Assembly (NCBI GenBank): GCA_023261815.1
Contig: JALNKA010000004.1
Span: 22,080 to 46,079, forward strand
Direction of reading: 5' to 3'
Length of the DNA stretch: 24,000 bases
Source: Candidatus Wolframiiraptor sinensis
Lineage (GTDB): Archaea; Thermoproteota; Nitrososphaeria_A; Caldarchaeales; Wolframiiraptoraceae
The notes under the pieces were generated by a model, which saw nothing but the letters and a program-made list of their open reading frames with translations, did not search any database and was not told the origin of the DNA. Of the stretch, positions 22,189-24,000 are shown in pieces. A program made the position numbers and the translations under genes. The first letter of the stretch is position 1, and every line of letters starts with the position of its first letter.

Positions 22189-23985
22189 CTAGGTGAAGAG
22201 GCTGATGATCCTAAAGTTCACGGTGTCTATGAGCCCCTTATCTGTTAGCCTCAGCTCCGGGAGCACGTCTAAAGCTAAGAGCGAGATGGTCATGAAGGGC
22301 GAGACCCACTCGCATCCAAGCCTTCTCCACGTCTCATACATCTTCTCCAGCTTCTCGGCGACGACCTCGACTGGCTCCGTTGACATGAGCCCTGCTATCG
22401 GTAGCTCCACGGCTGATAGTATCTCGCCATCCTTCACCGTTATTATTCCTCCTCCCAGCTCCGCGAGCTTATTGGCCGCCAGGGCCATGTCCTCCCTGCT
22501 GCATCCTAGTATGATCATGTTGTGGCTATCATGCGCCACGGTGGTCGCGATCGCGCCTACCCTGAATCCGAAGCCCTTCACGAATCCCAGCCCAATGTTT
22601 CCCGTCCCTCTGTGCCTCTCAGCCACGGCGAGCTCGTAGATCCACCTATCAGGATCCGGGAGAACTATCCCGTCCTTAACTTCCAGATGATCGATTACAT
22701 GCCTCGTCAGGACATTTCCCTCGATGGCCTCGATAACCCTCACCTCGACCTCGCCCTCCTCAATGGGCGCCCTTATCTCGAAATCCCGCGGCTCGAGCCT
22801 CCTCTTCAGCCTCACGGATCTCGTGGCCCTCTCTGGATACGATGGTCTCGGGAGATCTATCAGCATCCTGCCATCCTTCGCGACGAGCTTGCCATCTGCG
22901 AAGACGGCCTCAACCCTGACCCTCGATAAATTGCCGATCACCAGTATGTCGGCGAACCTCGCAGGCGCGATGCTCCCAATCTCCCTAGCAACCTCATAAT
23001 GTTCCGCGGGGTTAAGAGTGGCCATCTGGATCGCTGTGACCGGGTCCACGCCCTCCTCTATAGCCCTCCTCACGACGTAATCCATGTGGCCCTGCTTGAC
23101 CAGAGACTCCGGCTCCCGATCATCGGTGACTAGGCACGCGTGTCTTGAATCGAGACCCGCCTCCGTTATCGCCTTAACGGTCTCCGCCACGTCGAGCCAA
23201 GCGGAGCCCTCGCGCATGTATGCGTACATTCCGAGCCGGATTCTCTCGATCGCGTCGCGCTTGGTCGTTAGCTCGTGGCTGGATGTTATCCCGGCGGCGG
23301 AGTACGCGGCCAGCTCTCTTCCTAGGAGGCCGGCGTCATGCCCCTCCACGAGCTTTCCAGCTCTTAGGGCGGCCGCTATCTTCGCGTGCACCTCAGCGTC
23401 TCCGGCGAGGACTCCGGGGTAGTTCATCATCTCCCCCAGCGCTATTACGCCATCCCATGAGAGCGCCTCCTCAACCTCCTTCGGGCCGAGATATGCTCCA
23501 GCGGTCTCGAACATGGGGTTTGCTGGAACGCATGAGGGGACGGTGATGAAGACTTTTAGCGGCAAGTTCTCCGCCTCCTGGAGCATGAGCTTAACTCCCT
23601 CCAAGCCGAGCACGTTAGCTATCTCATGCGGGTCTATGAAGACGGTAGTGGTGCCCCTGGGGAGAACGGCTCTAGCGAACTCGGTCAAGGTAACCATGCT
23701 GCTCTCGACGTGCACGTGCGCATCCAGGAAGCCGGGGGCGAGGTACTTTCCGCCCGCATCATATACCATGGTGTCGGGGCCTATGCAGTGATCTGCCTCG
23801 CCGATGAGCGCTATTCGATCTCCCTTAACAGCCACATCAACTCCCTCGAGAACCTCCCCGGAGTTCACATTCACGAGAACCCCATTCTTTATCACCAGGT
23901 CAGCCTTAATCCTGCCGAGCGCCACATCGACTAGAAGCCTCGTCACATCATGAAGCCTACTCCTTCCACCGAGAAAACGCGCCAT
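22189..23985 (-). CDS. ade: Adenine deaminase (amidohydrolase superfamily)
   Basis: 598 aa. N-terminal GRIKADLVIKNGVLVNVNSGEV, metal-binding GFLDAHVHVESSM, and a length and domain order typical of Ade. Confidence 0.9.
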   Translation of the reverse strand: MARFLGGRSRLHDVTRLLVDVALGRIKADLVIKNGVLVNVNSGEVLEGVDVAVKGDRIALIGEADHCIGPDTMVYDAGGKYLAPGFLDAHVHVESSMVTLTEFARAVLPRGTTTVFIDPHEIANVLGLEGVKLMLQEAENLPLKVFITVPSCVPANPMFETAGAYLGPKEVEEALSWDGVIALGEMMNYPGVLAGDAEVHAKIAAALRAGKLVEGHDAGLLGRELAAYSAAGITSSHELTTKRDAIERIRLGMYAYMREGSAWLDVAETVKAITEAGLDSRHACLVTDDREPESLVKQGHMDYVVRRAIEEGVDPVTAIQMATLNPAEHYEVAREIGSIAPARFADILVIGNLSRVRVEAVFADGKLVAKDGRMLIDLPRPSYPERATRSVRLKRRLEPRDFEIRAPIEEGEVEVRVIEAIEGNVLTRHVIDHLEVKDGIVLPDPDRWIYELAVAERHRGTGNIGLGFVKGFGFRVGAIATTVAHDSHNMIILGCSREDMALAANKLAELGGGIITVKDGEILSAVELPIAGLMSTEPVEVVAEKLEKMYETWRRLGCEWVSPFMTISLLALDVLPELRLTDKGLIDTVNFRIISLFT

Positions 23986-24000
23986 AGCGTTTAAACTCCC

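Noticed and set aside
1-24000. Scan for CRISPR arrays, C/D-box sRNAs (RUGAUGA...CUGA pairs), IS elements or terminal inverted repeats, integrases, and toxin-antitoxin pairs.
   Set aside because: No regularly spaced repeats were found. All ATGATGA/TGATGA occurrences lie inside coding regions or lack correctly spaced D/D' boxes. No transposase, integrase or TA-like ORFs were recognised.

Overview
This is an archaeal chromosomal window. The evidence is the eukaryote-type ribosomal proteins L31e/L39e/S19e, RNase P subunit Rpp21/RNP4, Nep1, an archaeosine-type TGT, a tRNA intron with a bulge-helix-bulge motif, and TATA-like boxes about 27-31 nt upstream of start codons. It probably comes from a thermophilic TACK/Thermoproteota-like lineage, but I cannot name the organism. 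The window is densely coding and mostly housekeeping. It holds 4 tRNAs (Met-CAT, Glu-TTC, an intron-containing Gly-GCC, Gly-TCC), an SDR oxidoreductase and an Sm-like protein. It also holds the conserved S19e / PDCD5-like / L39e / L31e ribosomal string, which is split here by a 4-gene BMP-family (nucleoside-type) ABC importer operon. Further genes are RNP4, Nep1, NadE, a galK-galE-galT-like operon, a TtuA/Ncs6-type tRNA thiolase, a beta-CASP RNase, ArcTGT and adenine deaminase. L39e (50 aa) is absent from the supplied ORF track and was found by hand translation. I see no convincing multi-gene novel system, no CRISPR array, no integrase or transposase, and no toxin-antitoxin pair. Six items are worth follow-up. 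(1) An orphan C5-methyltransferase has three near-invariant motif residues replaced and Dnmt2-like motif variants, and it sits beside an Sm-like RNA-binding gene. (2) A two-domain KaiC/RecA-like ATPase gene is broken by three same-direction (+1) frameshifts. (3) A low-GC lone HsdR_N/PD-(D/E)xK-like gene next to tRNA-Gly has its ExK glutamate replaced by Gly. (4) The sugar operon carries two lesions: a 9-bp in-frame duplication in the kinase signature and a 1-nt frameshift near the 3' end of galT. (5) A perfect 12-bp inverted repeat lies just upstream of the ABC-operon TATA box. (6) Every tRNA gene abuts a lower-GC, gene-poor or decayed segment. All family assignments rest on motifs I recognised by eye; no database search was run.
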